Numbered from the stretch's first letter, positions 1 to 11,786 are shown. The stretch is 64,000 bases of DNA from an uncultured delta proteobacterium (GCA_963735595.1 CAVTLK010000005.1:192001-256000); one strand, 5' to 3'. Notes: generated by a model from the letters alone, not told the origin. Program-made: numbers and translations.

Positions 1-377
1 GCCGCTGCGGGCGGACTTCGATGCGCTTTTTCGTCATCGGCAGATCGGACGATATGCTCAAGGTGAAGGGGGTCAACGTCTTCCCATCGGCCGTCAAGGA
101 CGTGATCTCGTCCTTCGTCCCCCGCGTAACCGGCGAGATCCGTATTGTCCTCACCGAACCGGGGCCGGCCATCGGCACGAACCTCGAGATCAAGGTTGAG
201 TACGCCGCGGACGTGAAGGGAGCCGAGATTGAAACGCTGGCCGGCGAGATACGGGAGACGATCAAGAAGAAGCTCGTATTCACTCCGGTCATCCGGATGA
301 TCGGGCCGGAAACGCTGCCCCGCTCCCAGTATAAGATCGAGTACTTCGAGCGGGCCTATGAAGAGAAGGAGAAATAG
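1..377 (+). CDS. Phenylacetate-CoA ligase family protein, C-terminal part (truncated by window start)
   Basis: CGRTS..GRSDDMLKVKGVNVFPS motif typical of PaaK-like adenylate-forming ligases; frame is open back to the window edge. Confidence 0.85.
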   Translation, partial: RCGRTSMRFFVIGRSDDMLKVKGVNVFPSAVKDVISSFVPRVTGEIRIVLTEPGPAIGTNLEIKVEYAADVKGAEIETLAGEIRETIKKKLVFTPVIRMIGPETLPRSQYKIEYFERAYEEKEK

Positions 378-440
378 GCGGCACGCCGGGGAACGTATAC
401 GCCGTGTTTCGATCCATCGCCCCGGCGACGGCACGGCCGC

Positions 441-662
441 TTAGGGCCTGTAGTAGCCTCTGAGATTCCATGTGTCGTGGCGCCGGTCATGCCCGAGGAG
501 GTACGTGCCGCCGTCATCGGCGGTTACCTTGAAGATGTCCTCATCCGGGTCGTAGTACCGATCCACCACCTCGATAACCGTCAGCTCGTTTTTACCCAGG
601 AAGAAGCTCGTGGGCCGCTCATCGGCCTTATGCCCGCTATAGGTTTTCACGGTGATCTTCAC
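441..662 (-). CDS. Small conserved hypothetical protein (DUF6504-like)
   Basis: 73 aa, YSGHKADERP..VIEVVDRYY..FKV..GGTYLL..W pattern. Confidence 0.65.
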   Translation of the reverse strand: MKITVKTYSGHKADERPTSFFLGKNELTVIEVVDRYYDPDEDIFKVTADDGGTYLLGHDRRHDTWNLRGYYRP

Positions 663-819
663 GGCGATCCGCCCGAACCATACCCGTCGACAAAATACTT
701 GATTTTGGCATCAGTATACTATACCCTGTTGAAAAAGGGAAGGAACACACGAGAGACAGCCGCCCGGCCGGAGCCGGCACGAGGGCGGCGATAAACCCCG
801 TCCGCTATGGGAGCAGCCT

Positions 820-1437
820 ATGATCCTCGCGTTCGAGATCATCACGTTTGTTCTTGCCGGGGTCCTGGTCGTTCACAGCGTTATGGTCCGGGGGTGGGCT
901 TTTACGCTGTTGTTTTTCCTCACGGGTGCGGTTCTGGGGGTCCTACGCGAGAACGTCGTGGCCGAGCTTACCGACCTCTACGCCTACAACCCCGAGGTCT
1001 TTACCCTCTGGATCGGGGCGGCGCCTGCCATACTAACGGTCTTCTGGTCTTTTTCGACCTATATTTCCATGACCCTTTCGGAGCGCCTTGTCCACGGGGA
1101 TTTTATCAAGGGGCAGCGCCTTGCTCTCATTGTCCTCCTTTCCATGCTTTTCATGGGGGCGTATGCGGCAGCCAACGAGGCCATGGCGTCCGTCTACCCG
1201 ATGGTGCTCTGGAAGTTCACGCCGGATGCCGCCGTCTGGGGGGGTGCGCCGCTCATGGTCGTGTTCGGTTACGCGGGGCTGGGGGCTATCATGCTCATCG
1301 GCGTCTATACCGTCAGCAGCAGGCGGTGGAAGGGGTGGGTGAAGGTCGTGGCGGGCGTACTGAGCACGCCCATTATGATCGGCCTGCACATTGCCTGGAT
1401 CGCGCTTGTCCGGGCGGGCATCGGGCTTTTTGTCTGA
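820..1437 (+). CDS. Multi-pass membrane protein (DUF422/CruF-like)
   Basis: About 6 hydrophobic helices, internally duplicated E..(W/Y)..GAP(L)..(W/Y) motif, GGAG RBS. Confidence 0.6.
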   Translation: MILAFEIITFVLAGVLVVHSVMVRGWAFTLLFFLTGAVLGVLRENVVAELTDLYAYNPEVFTLWIGAAPAILTVFWSFSTYISMTLSERLVHGDFIKGQRLALIVLLSMLFMGAYAAANEAMASVYPMVLWKFTPDAAVWGGAPLMVVFGYAGLGAIMLIGVYTVSSRRWKGWVKVVAGVLSTPIMIGLHIAWIALVRAGIGLFV

Positions 1438-1528
1438 CAGGCCCTTCAGCGGGCCGGGATGATCGGCCGGGAAGCTCTCGCTTGTTAACGGCTGGCCGCG
1501 GCATCTCCTGATTCAATACGGAAAGACA

Positions 1529-2563
1529 ATGCCCAGATTCGTGACAATGGGGGAACTCCTGGTCGATTTTATCTCGTCGGCGCGGGGGGAGGCAGGCTGG
1601 CTTGCCCCTGTCGGCGGGCCGAACCGGTCACCTGATCACAGCGGCCCCTCCTTCATCCCGTCTGCGGGCGGGGCGCCGGCCAACGTTGCGGCGGGGCTCA
1701 CGCGGCTCGGTAAGGAGGCCGGTTTTATCGGCAAGGTCGGGGACGACCCCTTCGGGCGCGGGCTTGCCGCCGCGCTGTCGGGATTGGGCGTCGATACGCG
1801 CGCCGTCTCGTTTTCCAAACACGCGCGCACGATGCTTGCCTTTGTGACCCGTTCCCAGTCCGGCGAGCGGGATTTCGTCTTCTTCCGTCACCCCTCGGCC
1901 GATATGCTGATCACGCCCGGCGACATCCCCGCAGATTATCTTTCCGGGGCATCGTACTTCCACTTCGGCTCGGTCAGCCTTATCGCCGAACCCGCTCGCT
2001 CCACGACGCTCGGGCTGGTCGATGCAGCCAGGCAGGCGGGGGCGCTTGTTTCTTTCGATCCGAATATCCGGATGCCGCTCTTCGATGATGCGGCGACAGC
2101 CAGGAGGACGATCCTCGCGGCTATCCCGCTGGCCGATATCCTGAAGCTTTCCGAAGAGGAGGCCGAGTTTCTAACCGCCCGGAAGATCCCCAAGGAGGCG
2201 GCCCTCGAGCTCCTCTCGATGGGCCCGGGGCTCGTGGCCGTGACCCTCGGGAGCAAGGGTTCTGTCGCCGTTACCGCCCGCTACGCGGTGGAGGTGGACG
2301 GCTATGAGGTCGATGCCGTGGATACCACGGGCGCGGGGGACGCTTTTTGCGCGGCGATGCTGGCCGCTTACTCGGAGACGGACGCGACAGAGCCCGCGGC
2401 CCTGACCGATCTTGATCTTATCGGGATATTCCGGCGGGCCAACGCCGCCGGGGCAATCGCCGTTACGAGGCCCGGCGCCATCGCGGCGCTGCCGACTGCC
2501 GATGAGATCGACCTCTTCATCCGGTCACGAAAGGAACTCCGGTCCTCCGGCATGCTCCAGTGA
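1529..2563 (+). CDS. PfkB-family carbohydrate kinase (fructokinase-like)
   Basis: GGAPANVA, GKVGDDPFG, FDPNIR, DTTGAGDAF signatures. Confidence 0.92.
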   Translation: MPRFVTMGELLVDFISSARGEAGWLAPVGGPNRSPDHSGPSFIPSAGGAPANVAAGLTRLGKEAGFIGKVGDDPFGRGLAAALSGLGVDTRAVSFSKHARTMLAFVTRSQSGERDFVFFRHPSADMLITPGDIPADYLSGASYFHFGSVSLIAEPARSTTLGLVDAARQAGALVSFDPNIRMPLFDDAATARRTILAAIPLADILKLSEEEAEFLTARKIPKEAALELLSMGPGLVAVTLGSKGSVAVTARYAVEVDGYEVDAVDTTGAGDAFCAAMLAAYSETDATEPAALTDLDLIGIFRRANAAGAIAVTRPGAIAALPTADEIDLFIRSRKELRSSGMLQ

Positions 2564-2662
2564 CCGACAGCAACGAGATGATCTCGTGGGGGTGTCCGGC
2601 CGGGTCGATCGGGGCTATGTGGGCTATCGGGGGGCTATTGGGGTCTTCGGGTTCTTCCCGCC

Positions 2663-3668
2663 TTATTGGGGGGAGAGCAGCCGATCGAGGAGCTGGGCAG
2701 GAAGCCCGGTCTCGATAACGGCCAGTTCGTTGAGGATAAACAGGACGATAAGAACCAACAGGGCCGAGAGCGCCAGCACGCCGATGAGGGCGACGGACCG
2801 GGCGAGTATCCGTCCGATCCGGCCGGACCTGCGGCCGCCGGCCGCGTCGTAGGTCTCGGGCGGCGCGAGGTGTACCTTCCTGAACCGCCCGAACCGGGCA
2901 GCCACCACCGTGATATTATCATGACCGCCCCTGGCATTGGCCAGGTCGATAAGCCGGGAGCAGGCCCTGGCAAGGTCCCTATGCCCCTGGACGATCCAGA
3001 CGATCTCCTTCTTCGATACGAGGTCCCAGAGGCCGTCGGTGCAGAGAAGCAGCACGTCCCCGTCCATGAGGTGGGCGCCCACCGGTTCATCGACCGTTAC
3101 CCCGCCCTCGGTCCCGAGCGATCTCATCAGCACGTTCTTCTGCGGGAAGTCGTGCGCTTCCTCGGGGGAGAGCTTTCCCTGCCGGACGAGATGGGCCACG
3201 TAGGAGTGGTCGTCGGTCAGCGCGATGATCTCGTCGTTTCGTATCTGGTAGGCCCGGCTGTCCCCGACGTGCCCGATGTGGGCCCGGTCATCGACGATAA
3301 ACGCCCCGGTGAACGTGGTGCCGGGCGCCTTGGAATCCCCGCCTACCCAGCTCAAACACGCGGCCGTCGGCCTCGCGGATGACCCCCTCGATGAAGGAGT
3401 CGACATCGTCGCCAAAATGGGCCTGGGCGGCCGAGTGCCGCGGTGAAAAGAGGTCGGACAGAAGGGAGACCGCCGCCGCGCTGGCCTGCCGACCACCGAC
3501 GTGCCCGCCGACGCCGTCGGCCACCGCCAAAACGGCCCGGATCGCAAAAGGGCCGCGATGCCGCGGCTCGATGAGCCGGACAAAAAAGGAGTCCTCGTTT
3601 TCTTCCCTGACGCTGCCCACGTTGCTCTGTCCCGCGGCGGCAATCGCTAACTCTTTCGGCGTTGACAT
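2663..3668 (-). CDS. PP2C-family Ser/Thr phosphatase (Stp1/PrpC-like) with C-terminal TM; frameshift near 3345
   Basis: GSVREENEDS and VADGVGGH in ORF 3288..3668; GTT, HVGDSRAY, LLCTDGL, GGHDNITVV in ORF 2663..3643. Confidence 0.88.
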
Positions 3669-3747
3669 AGTTTTAGTTTATCCATATCCCGGGGCGCCCC
3701 GGCGCGGCCCGCATATCGGGCGGGCCGACGCCCGAAGGGGCGCGTGC

Positions 3748-5797
3748 TTACTTCACGGCATAGAGGTATCCGTCCCGGCTTCCAAAGTAGGCGACCCCCC
3801 CCGTAGCGACGGGGCCCGACCTGACCTTGCCCTCGGTGGAAAACCGCCACCGCTCGACCCCGTCGGCGAGGTTTACGGCATAGGCGTTGGCGTCATCACT
3901 GCCGATGAGGGCAGACCGTTCCGTGAGAGACGGGGACGAGTTAATGTCGCCGGTCGTCTCAAACCGCCACACGAGCGTACCCTGTTCGATGTCGACCGCA
4001 TACAGGCCGTTATCCCGGCTGCCGAAATAGACGGCGTTCCGGCCGACGGCAGGACACGAGACGACGTCTCCCCCCGTTTCGAACCGCCAGAGCTCTTCAC
4101 CCGTTTCCCTGTTGAGGGCATACAGGTTGTCGTCGTCGCACCCGAAGAGCACCGCGTTCCTCGTGACGGCGGGCGTTGACCGGATGTCGCCGCCGGCCTT
4201 GTGACGCCACAGCTCTGTTCCGTCGGCAACGGAAACCGCGTACAGGGTATTGTCGCAGCTCCCGAAATAGACGACCTTGCCGGAAACGGCCGGAGACCCG
4301 ATCACGTCTCCCCGCGGTCAGGAATCGCCAGAACTTCCTCGCCCGTTGCCTTGTCCACGGCATAGACGGTATTGTCGTTGCTGCCGAAGACGACCAGTTT
4401 ATCGGCGACCACGGGCGACGATCGTAGCGCGCCTCCCGAGGCGAATTCCCAGAGGAGGTCACCGTTCTTCGTCGAGAGGGCGTACAGCGAATGGTCGTCG
4501 CAGCCGAAATAGAGGGTCTTGCCCGAGACGGCCGGAGTCGTGCGGATATCGTCCTCGGCTTTAAAGATCCAGACCTGCTCCCCGGTATCGGTTCATCCAC
4601 GGCGTACAGGGCATCGTCGTTGCTGCCGACGTAGGCGACGCCGCCCGTGACCAGCGGGGACGCGGTGATGGGGCCGAAGGTTTCGAAGGCCCACACCCGC
4701 TCGGCCAGACGGGTTGTGCCGAGGGGTGGGGGCTCGGACGGGCCGTGCGATCGGAAGGAAAAGGAAACGGATTTGACCAGGAGCACCACCGTAACGATCA
4801 GCCCGATGACGATGAGGGAGGAGATGATGCCGGTCAACAGCCTCTTCTCCCGGGGTATCTGCTGTATGATGGATGTTACCGGTGTTTACCGCACGTGCCG
4901 CCCTTCCCGGCGCCCCTCCGCCGCGCCGAGACGACGTGGGGCATGGCGAAATCCGCGTCTTTCATATGCTCCTTGACGGCGCCAAGAAATTCGCGGGCCG
5001 AGGAGAACCGGTCGTCCCGATCTTTCGCGATGGCCCTGCTGACGATCTCGCGCTACCCAGGGCGGCAGGCCCGGCACAAGCGTCTCGATGGGAGAGGCCT
5101 CTTCGCTGAGCACCCTGGCAATCGCCTGTACGCTCTCGTCGGCGCGAAACGGCGAAACGCCGGTTAGCATCTCGTAGAGCACCACCCCGAGCGAATAGAT
5201 ATCCGACCGCTCGTCGATCTCCGTTCCCTTGAGCTGTTCGAGGCTCATATATTCCGGGGTTCCCACGATCGAACCGAGGGTGGTGTCTCCCCTGGTTTTG
5301 GCGGTCCTTGATATCCCGAAGTCGGTGATGACGGCCCTTCCCTGCGGATCAATGATGATGTTGGCAGGCTTGATGTCCCGGTGAAGAATCCCCCGGTCGT
5401 GCGCATAGGCCAGCCCCTGGGCCATCTGAATGGCGATGGGCATGGCCTCCTCGACGGTAAGCCGGCCGGCGCGCTCGATGACGCCGACAAGGTCCTCGCC
5501 CTCGATAAACTCCATCGCGATGTAGTAGGTGTCCTGTATCGGGCCGATATCGAAGACCTGCACGATGTTGGTGTGCCTGAGGCGCACCACCGTCTTGGCC
5601 TCGTTTTCGAAACGGACAAGGAATTTCTTGTTTCGGGCGAGATTTGCGTGGAGGATCTTGATGGCGGCGTCTACGTCAAGACGGTTGTTTTTGGCAAAGT
5701 AAACCGCGCCCATGCCGCCCTCGGCGATCTTGCTAATCACCTCATAGCGATCGTCAATTATCGTACCGACGAAGGGGTCACCCGTCGGGTCAGTCAT
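3748..5797 (-). CDS. Hanks-type Ser/Thr kinase + TM + PQQ/BamB-like beta-propeller; about 5 frameshifts (~5050, ~4900, ~4590, ~4335, ~4310)
   Basis: GGMGAVY, AIK, HRDIKPANI, DFGI, GTPEYMS; TM near 4770-4830; repeated SP.V..G.VYFGS.D..LYA...TG...W.F blades reconstructed across frames. Confidence 0.85.
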
Positions 5798-5910
5798 CTC
5801 TTAGTACTCCTTACTGCAGGGGATAAACCCGTACAGTATCGGACCGGGCGGTACGCGCCCCGGCCCGTTACAGAAGGCAACATAGCCCGGTGACCGGGTG
5901 AAACTAAATA

Positions 5911-5952
5911 AAAGGGGGAAAATCGATCCGATACTATCTCCTTTCCCCCTTT
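5911..5952 (-). terminator. Probable intrinsic terminator after the FHA gene
   Basis: AAAGGGGGAAA / TTTCCCCCTTT inverted repeat followed by a T-rich run on the minus strand. Confidence 0.5.
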
Positions 5953-5975
5953 CCTGGGCTCGAGGGCGATGCGCC

Positions 5976-6827
5976 CTATTTCATGAGGGCAAACTTGACC
6001 TTGACCGTTCCCATAAGGATCTCGTCCTTATCTTTGAGCTCATGGTCTGTATCAATGGCCTTGCCATTGACCATGGTGGGATTGGTCAGGCTTACGTTGG
6101 TCAGGACATACTTGTTGCCGACGAAGTTGATGCGGGCATGCTCCCCGGATACTCCGCGGTCCTTCAACCTGATGTTGCCTTTGTCGCTGCCGATGACATT
6201 CTCGGCCACCAGGAAGATATCCTCTCCCTTCTTATCGCCCGTGAGTATGGACAGCTGCGCCGGTTTGCCGGGGATCTTTTCGGTCTTCGGGCGACCGGCC
6301 AGGGCACGCGCCTCGGTCTCACTCAGCTTTTCGGTGCGGGGCGGGGCCGCTTTTGTTCCGGGGGCCGTCGCAAGTGCGGGCTTCGGGGCAGCAGTCGGGC
6401 GCCTGAGGATCATCACCAGGACAATAATGAGAATAAGCACCACTATGCCGGCGATGATCGCGTAGATAAGCAGGGGAGACCCCGAGACGATCTTCTTTTC
6501 CTGGAGATAGGGTTGTCCGGTACCCTCTTCGATCATGACGACTCCCTCGACCGTGATTTCGGAGCCGGGGCCGGGCGGGGTAAAGGTCGAAACCGGTATG
6601 CTCTCGAGGCTGTCGTCGACCAGCATGTAATAGCCGGGCATTGTGCCCTGCGGCGGATAGGACGTATCCACCCTGCCGGTTATCGTGACGGTCTTGTTGA
6701 GGAACCGGGCCGGGTTCTGGAGGATGTCGCTGATCAGGATATCTTCCTGGGCAAACAGCGCCGCCGGCACGATGAGGAGAACCAAAGAGAAAACGACGAG
6801 CATTTTCCTTGTCGTAACGCGTATCAT
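5976..6827 (-). CDS. Membrane-anchored FHA-domain protein (signal peptide, OB-fold-like periplasmic domain, TM, cytoplasmic FHA)
   Basis: IG..(D)RGVSGEHARI..SLTNPTMVNG FHA motif; AAAGGAGG RBS before ATG 6827. Confidence 0.85.
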   Translation of the reverse strand: MIRVTTRKMLVVFSLVLLIVPAALFAQEDILISDILQNPARFLNKTVTITGRVDTSYPPQGTMPGYYMLVDDSLESIPVSTFTPPGPGSEITVEGVVMIEEGTGQPYLQEKKIVSGSPLLIYAIIAGIVVLILIIVLVMILRRPTAAPKPALATAPGTKAAPPRTEKLSETEARALAGRPKTEKIPGKPAQLSILTGDKKGEDIFLVAENVIGSDKGNIRLKDRGVSGEHARINFVGNKYVLTNVSLTNPTMVNGKAIDTDHELKDKDEILMGTVKVKFALMK

Positions 6828-7179
6828 GAGAGCCTCCTTTGCGTCTTTTTCTGTAATGCAAAGATTCAATCCTCACAATATTAACAAGGAAATGATAGTA
6901 AAATCAAGATTTAAATTATCCCCGCGCTCAAAAGGACCCCATTTCAGGCAAAAAACGATCTAAAGACGCACACAATCCCGATGCCGGCGAAGGTTTGAAG
7001 GGCAAACGGCCTGCGCAGGGGATTGTGATTGCCAAGCCGGGTCCTTTCCAGTATGATTACCGGTAGTTTCTTACCTATTAAAAGAGGAGATTGTATGAGA
7101 CGCCGTTTGGAGCTTGTTGGATCCTTAAAGGGACAAGAAGACAGGAATTATCTTAGGATCAGAACAAGGAAGAAAAGCA

Positions 7180-7930
7180 ATGGAATTAGACTCATATTTT
7201 TATGAGCTGTTTGAAGGTCTCCCGCGGCAGGGCCCGGGGGACAACGAGTCGACAAGAAATGCGCTGGCCATGATACAGCCGCTCCCGAATGACGTTCGCA
7301 TCCTTGACATCGGATGCGGATCGGGGACGCAGACGATCGAGCTTGCCGGGAACACCTCCGGCACGATAACCGCGCTGGACAACCACCAGCCGTTCCTGGA
7401 CGAGCTGGACCGCAGGGTATCCCGCGAGGGCCTTACCGAAAGGATCAAGGTAGTCAACGGCTCGATGTTCTCGCTTGATTTTGCGAGGGAAAGCTTTGAC
7501 ATCATCTGGTCGGAAGGGGCTATCTTCATCATCGGGTTTGAACAGGGTTTGGAAGCAATTCAAGCCGTTGTTGAAACCGGGCGGATACATGGCCGTATCG
7601 GATCTCTGCTGGTTGAGGGACGATCCGCCCCGGGAGATTGCGGATTTCTTCGGGATCGAGTACCCGCCGATTCCGAGCGTGGCCGAGGTCCTCGAAATCG
7701 CCAAAAAGACGGGATATGAGCCTGTCGGGAGCTTCACGCTGCCCGAATCGACCTGGTGGGACAGCTACTACCGACCGACGGAGACGGGGATTGAGGGGAT
7801 GCGGAAGAAATATCCGGGAAACGAACGGGTCGAGGAGCTGTGCAGGAGGATGGAGCGGGAGATTGACATGTACCGGAAGTATGCGAAATACTATGGGTAC
7901 GTCTTTTTCGTCATGAGAAAAGCCGGTTAA
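7180..7930 (+). CDS. Class I SAM-dependent methyltransferase; frameshift near 7550
   Basis: LPRQGPG, ILDIGCGSG, FDIIWSEGAI then LLKPGGY..YGYVFFV in the next frame. Confidence 0.88.
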
Positions 7931-8082
7931 TCGGCACGTGAGAGTGAAAGGATCAGGGCGTCCGCACTGTGCGGACGCCCTGATTTCTTTAAAGATTCTC
8001 TTGATCGACGGAGGTAATCGGCCGTCCCGACATCGGTCTGGTGTATCTATCCGTGTACCGCGCCGGTACCCTGTCTTTATGC

Positions 8083-9241
8083 TCAGAGGAGTATCTCGAT
8101 ATCCTCGATCGGATACGACACGCACGAGTGGACATAACCGAATTGGGAGTCGGACTTACGCACCGGGGTGCCGGGGGGCTGGTAGACAACCCCGCTCAAG
8201 AGCTTCACGCGGCACATACTGCACTCGCCGGAGCGGCAGAGAAACGGTACGGTGATCCCGTTTTTTTCGAGCGTCGTCAACAGCGGGGTGGTCGCCGGAG
8301 CCGTAACGGTCTTTTTACCGTGAACTTTCACCGAAACGGTGTGCCCCTCTTTTACGGCCGAGGGCCAGCCCGGATATCCGGTGATGACCGTCGGCGCCCC
8401 GTACATCTCGCGCCTGGTTTTTCGGCCCGGCGACTTTGAGCTTTTCGAGTTCGGGCAGGCAGAAGTCGTACATCGCCTGTGGCCCGCAGAGAAAGAACGT
8501 CTTCCCGGAAACGTCGCCGATTTCGGCATTGATCACGTCGGCGCTGATGTAGCCGCGGCGGCCGGTATAATCCTTCGGCGGAGATTCGATCACCGGGATG
8601 TAGCGGATGTTCTTATTGGCCTGCGTTATTCTGGTCAGCTCTTCGTGGAAGATCACATCGTCCAGGCCCCGGTTGCCGTAGAAAAGGAAGATCGTTTCGT
8701 TACTCCCGTAATCGACGGCCCGGCGGATCATGCTCATGAACGGCGTGACGCCGCTGCCGCCGGCGATGGCGACGATCGTGGCGTCGTGGACGAGCGGGTT
8801 GACGTAGAAGTTGCCGGCCGGCCCGGAGCAGGTCAGCGTGTCCCCCTCGGCTACCCGGTCCAGGAGGTAGTTCGAAACGAGGCCCCCCTGGACGCGGCGG
8901 ACAGTCAGGTCCCAGTAGGCGATCTGGTTGGGCGCCGACGAGATGGACAGCGGCCTGCCCGTCCTGATCCCGTCGACCGTGACGGTGACGGTGGTGTACT
9001 GGCCGGGAAGGAACGGCGGCAGCACGAGGTCGGTCGGGACCAGCCGCAGCGTCTTGGTGGTCGGCGTTTCCTGTATGATCCGGGAGACGGCAAGGGTAAG
9101 CTCCTGCGGGTGGAGCCGGTTGATGAGGGCTTCGGTCGCTCCCCGCTCGTAACTGAGCCCTGGGCCGAGTTTCCTGGCCACCTCTTTTTCCGCCGCGATC
9201 GCGGCGTACCCGTCAAATTGGCTCATGAAAGAATCCTTCAT
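8083..9241 (-). CDS. FAD/NAD-binding ferredoxin reductase-type protein with C-terminal 2Fe-2S domain; frameshift near 8430
   Basis: PFLPGQY, RPLSISS, GGLVS, AGGSGVTPF, FLCGP; CRSGECSMC..C in ORF 8083..8529. Confidence 0.87.
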
Positions 9242-10755
9242 TATTTCCTCCCGTTCAGGCCCCCATCTCGCGCAGGATGACCCGGGCGACCTTCGCCCCG
9301 TTTTCAAGGGTTGGCTGGAACCCGCCGCCGGCTACTGACGCCCCGGTCTCGAAGAGGCCCGGCGATCGGGGACTTCGGCGTGACGAACGGCGGCTGGTCC
9401 TTCATATACTGGTCGAAGCCGTAGATGGACCCGTTGATATGGCCGAGATACCGTACGTGGGTCAGCGGCGTGGAGATATCGATCTCCTCGATGTGGCCCC
9501 GGAGTGTTCGGGAAGACCTTTTCGGCGTCCTTCAGCATGATTTCGGCCCACTTGAATTTTTCCTCGAAATAGCGGTGCGGCTCGACCCGCAGCCAGGGGT
9601 CGGTATATTTGAGATTGACGAGGGCCGCCTGGCAGCTCCCCTTTGGGGAAAAATCGGGGTGCATCTTGTCGTAGCAGGACAACATCATTGCACTATTTAC
9701 GGTCGAGATCGACCGCATCTGGTCATAGGCGGTGTCCATATCGGCATCGGGATAGATGAAGTTGGACGACTCGGTGATGCCCATCTCTTCGGGTTCGCAG
9801 TCAAAGCCCATGTAGAGGCAGACAGCCGAGGGGCCGACCGACTTTCCCCTGAGCCCGTCGACAACCGACGGGTCGATCTCGGCGGGGTCAAACAGGTCGA
9901 GGTAGGTGTTGGCCCGAAACGCGTTGGAGACGACGTAGCGGGCGGAAATGGTCTCGCCCGTCCTCGGTGACGACCCCCGCGGCCCTGCCGTCTTTCATGA
10001 CGATTCTCTTGACGGGGCAATTGAAGCGGATCTCTCCCCCGTTTCGGATAATGACGTCGGCCAGGGCGTTCGACATCGCCTGGGAGCCGCCCAGGACATG
10101 GTACGGCTTGAATTCTATATAGCCGAACAGCATCCCGGCCAGGTAGGAGAAGGAAAGCAGGCGGGGCGGCAGACCTGCGTAGGGCCAGTAGGCCGCGACG
10201 ACGAGCTTGAGGTAGGGGTCCGTGAAGTACTCGTCGAGGACCTCCTGGGCGTTCCTGAAGAGATGGCTGAAGTAGAGGGGAAACTCGTCGCGCGTCGGGG
10301 GGTTGTCGCCCTTTCGGCCCGCCGCGGTGAGCAGCTCCATAAAGAAGCGGTAGATGAGGTCGAAGAAGCGCTCGATGCCGTCCTTCTCTTTCGGGAAGCG
10401 CTCCGAGAGCTCCCGGACGATCTGCTTCCCGGTTGGGCTTGAGGGTGACGTCGATGACGCCGGGCACCACCACCCGGTAGAGGTCGGTCATCTCGATGAA
10501 TTCGAGCTTATCCGTCACTCCGAGTGAATCGAAGAGGCTTCTCACCGGCCCCGGGAATTCGGGGGTTCCCAGACCGGAGAGCTGGTGGAGGGCGATCTCG
10601 AACTCGAACCGGCCCCGGACAAAGCTTGTGGCGCATCCGCCGGGGATATTGTGCCGCTCCAATACCAGGACGCCTGCCCCCTTTTGCGCCAGGGACGCGG
10701 CGGCGGTAAGGCCGGCGTTGCCCGCCCCGATGACGACGACATCATACTGTTTCAT
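9241..10755 (-). CDS. Phytoene desaturase/retinol saturase-family FAD oxidoreductase; several frameshifts
   Basis: YDVVVIGAGNAGL, ERHNIPGGCATSF, GGSQAMSNAL; stop overlaps the next start (TAATG). Confidence 0.82.
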
Positions 10756-10923
10756 GCCTTCCTCTCAATGGAATTGCATAAATCGTCTCGATGACTTTTC
10801 GGAAACGAGATATTTTTATACTAAATGATGGCGGGGAGTCAAGAGATATAGGTACTATAAGGAGAATATAACGAAATCACCGTACATTGAAAAGGGATCG
10901 GGGCGGCGGCTTTCTCCGGCATA

Positions 10924-11533
10924 TTACTTTATATCGTATATATAGGCGGCAAAGAGGTGTGCCGCCTCCGCAAATACCGCATCCTCGTCGATCTGTTGCC
11001 GACCGAGAGCAATCTTGTGAATTATTCCCTCGCTGGCATGAAAGACAACGAAAGCCGCGGCCGTTGCGCGCTTCTTTTCAATCCCCGTCTGTATTAAGAC
11101 CCCCTCGATAAAGGCCGTAATTTGTGTGCCGACTCCATCTAGACGCTGTTTCACCTCATCATCCTCGAGAGACATCTTTAGTACCTCATTGAGGAAAGGC
11201 GCATCTGCGCGATGAACGGCCACATGCAGATTGATGATCTTCAGAAAGAATGAGGTGATATCGGCCTTCTCAACCGGTGCAAAAGCCCCTATCCCTTCGA
11301 TAACGATGGTATTGCATTCTTTAACGTAGCGGTCCAGGCCGGCAAGGAAGAGGTTATGCTTGTCCGAGAAATAGGCGTAGAAAGCTACCGACGCTGACAG
11401 CTGCGGCATGGGCGATTTCATCGGCGGTTACGTTGTGGTAGCCCCGCTCTGAGATCAGGACTCTGCCCGCCTCGATGATCCGGCCCTTCGTCTTAATCCC
11501 CCGGGTTTGTACGGGGTCCCGCACCGCTTTCAA
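10924..11533 (-). CDS. TetR/AcrR family regulator; frameshift near 11380
   Basis: TTG start, P.QTRG..T..RIIEAG..GYHNVTADEIA..A.VSVGSF, then YAYFSDK in the shifted frame. Confidence 0.85.
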
Positions 11534-11669
11534 CTATGACTCCAATATACATATCACTAACTGCAACCCTGTTACGGTGTCGGCGGGAGGTTTTTCCACG
11601 ACTCCCGTCATCCTTTCCGAATAGGATACCATATTCTATCAATACGGAGAGTTTGCAGCAAGATAAATA

Positions 11670-11720
11670 TGAGAATAATCTCACTTTTATCTTGACAATG
11701 TGAGATATACCTCATATTAT
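11670..11720 (+). promoter_or_regulatory. Sigma70 promoter with two TGAG-N6-CTCA operator palindromes
   Basis: TTGACA (11692)-17 nt-TATTAT (11715); TGAGaataatCTCA 11670-11683 and TGAGatatacCTCA 11701-11714. Confidence 0.7.
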
Positions 11721-11786
11721 TCCAGTATGAAGCGCGTCATTACCCGCCGAATGGCGACGAAGGTGTTGAGACAATCCGGGGGTTAT

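Noticed and set aside
2608..2645. Short GGGCTAT repeats between convergent genes
   Set aside because: Three short degenerate copies, too weak to interpret
2663..6827. Type VI secretion PpkA/PppA/Fha locus
   Set aside because: No tss structural genes in the window
6971..7040. c-di-GMP-I riboswitch suggested by GGCAAAC and a CACAATCCC/GGGATTGTG stem
   Set aside because: Lacks the GAAA tetraloop and GACGCAAAGC-type core; only a 9-bp inverted repeat is supportable
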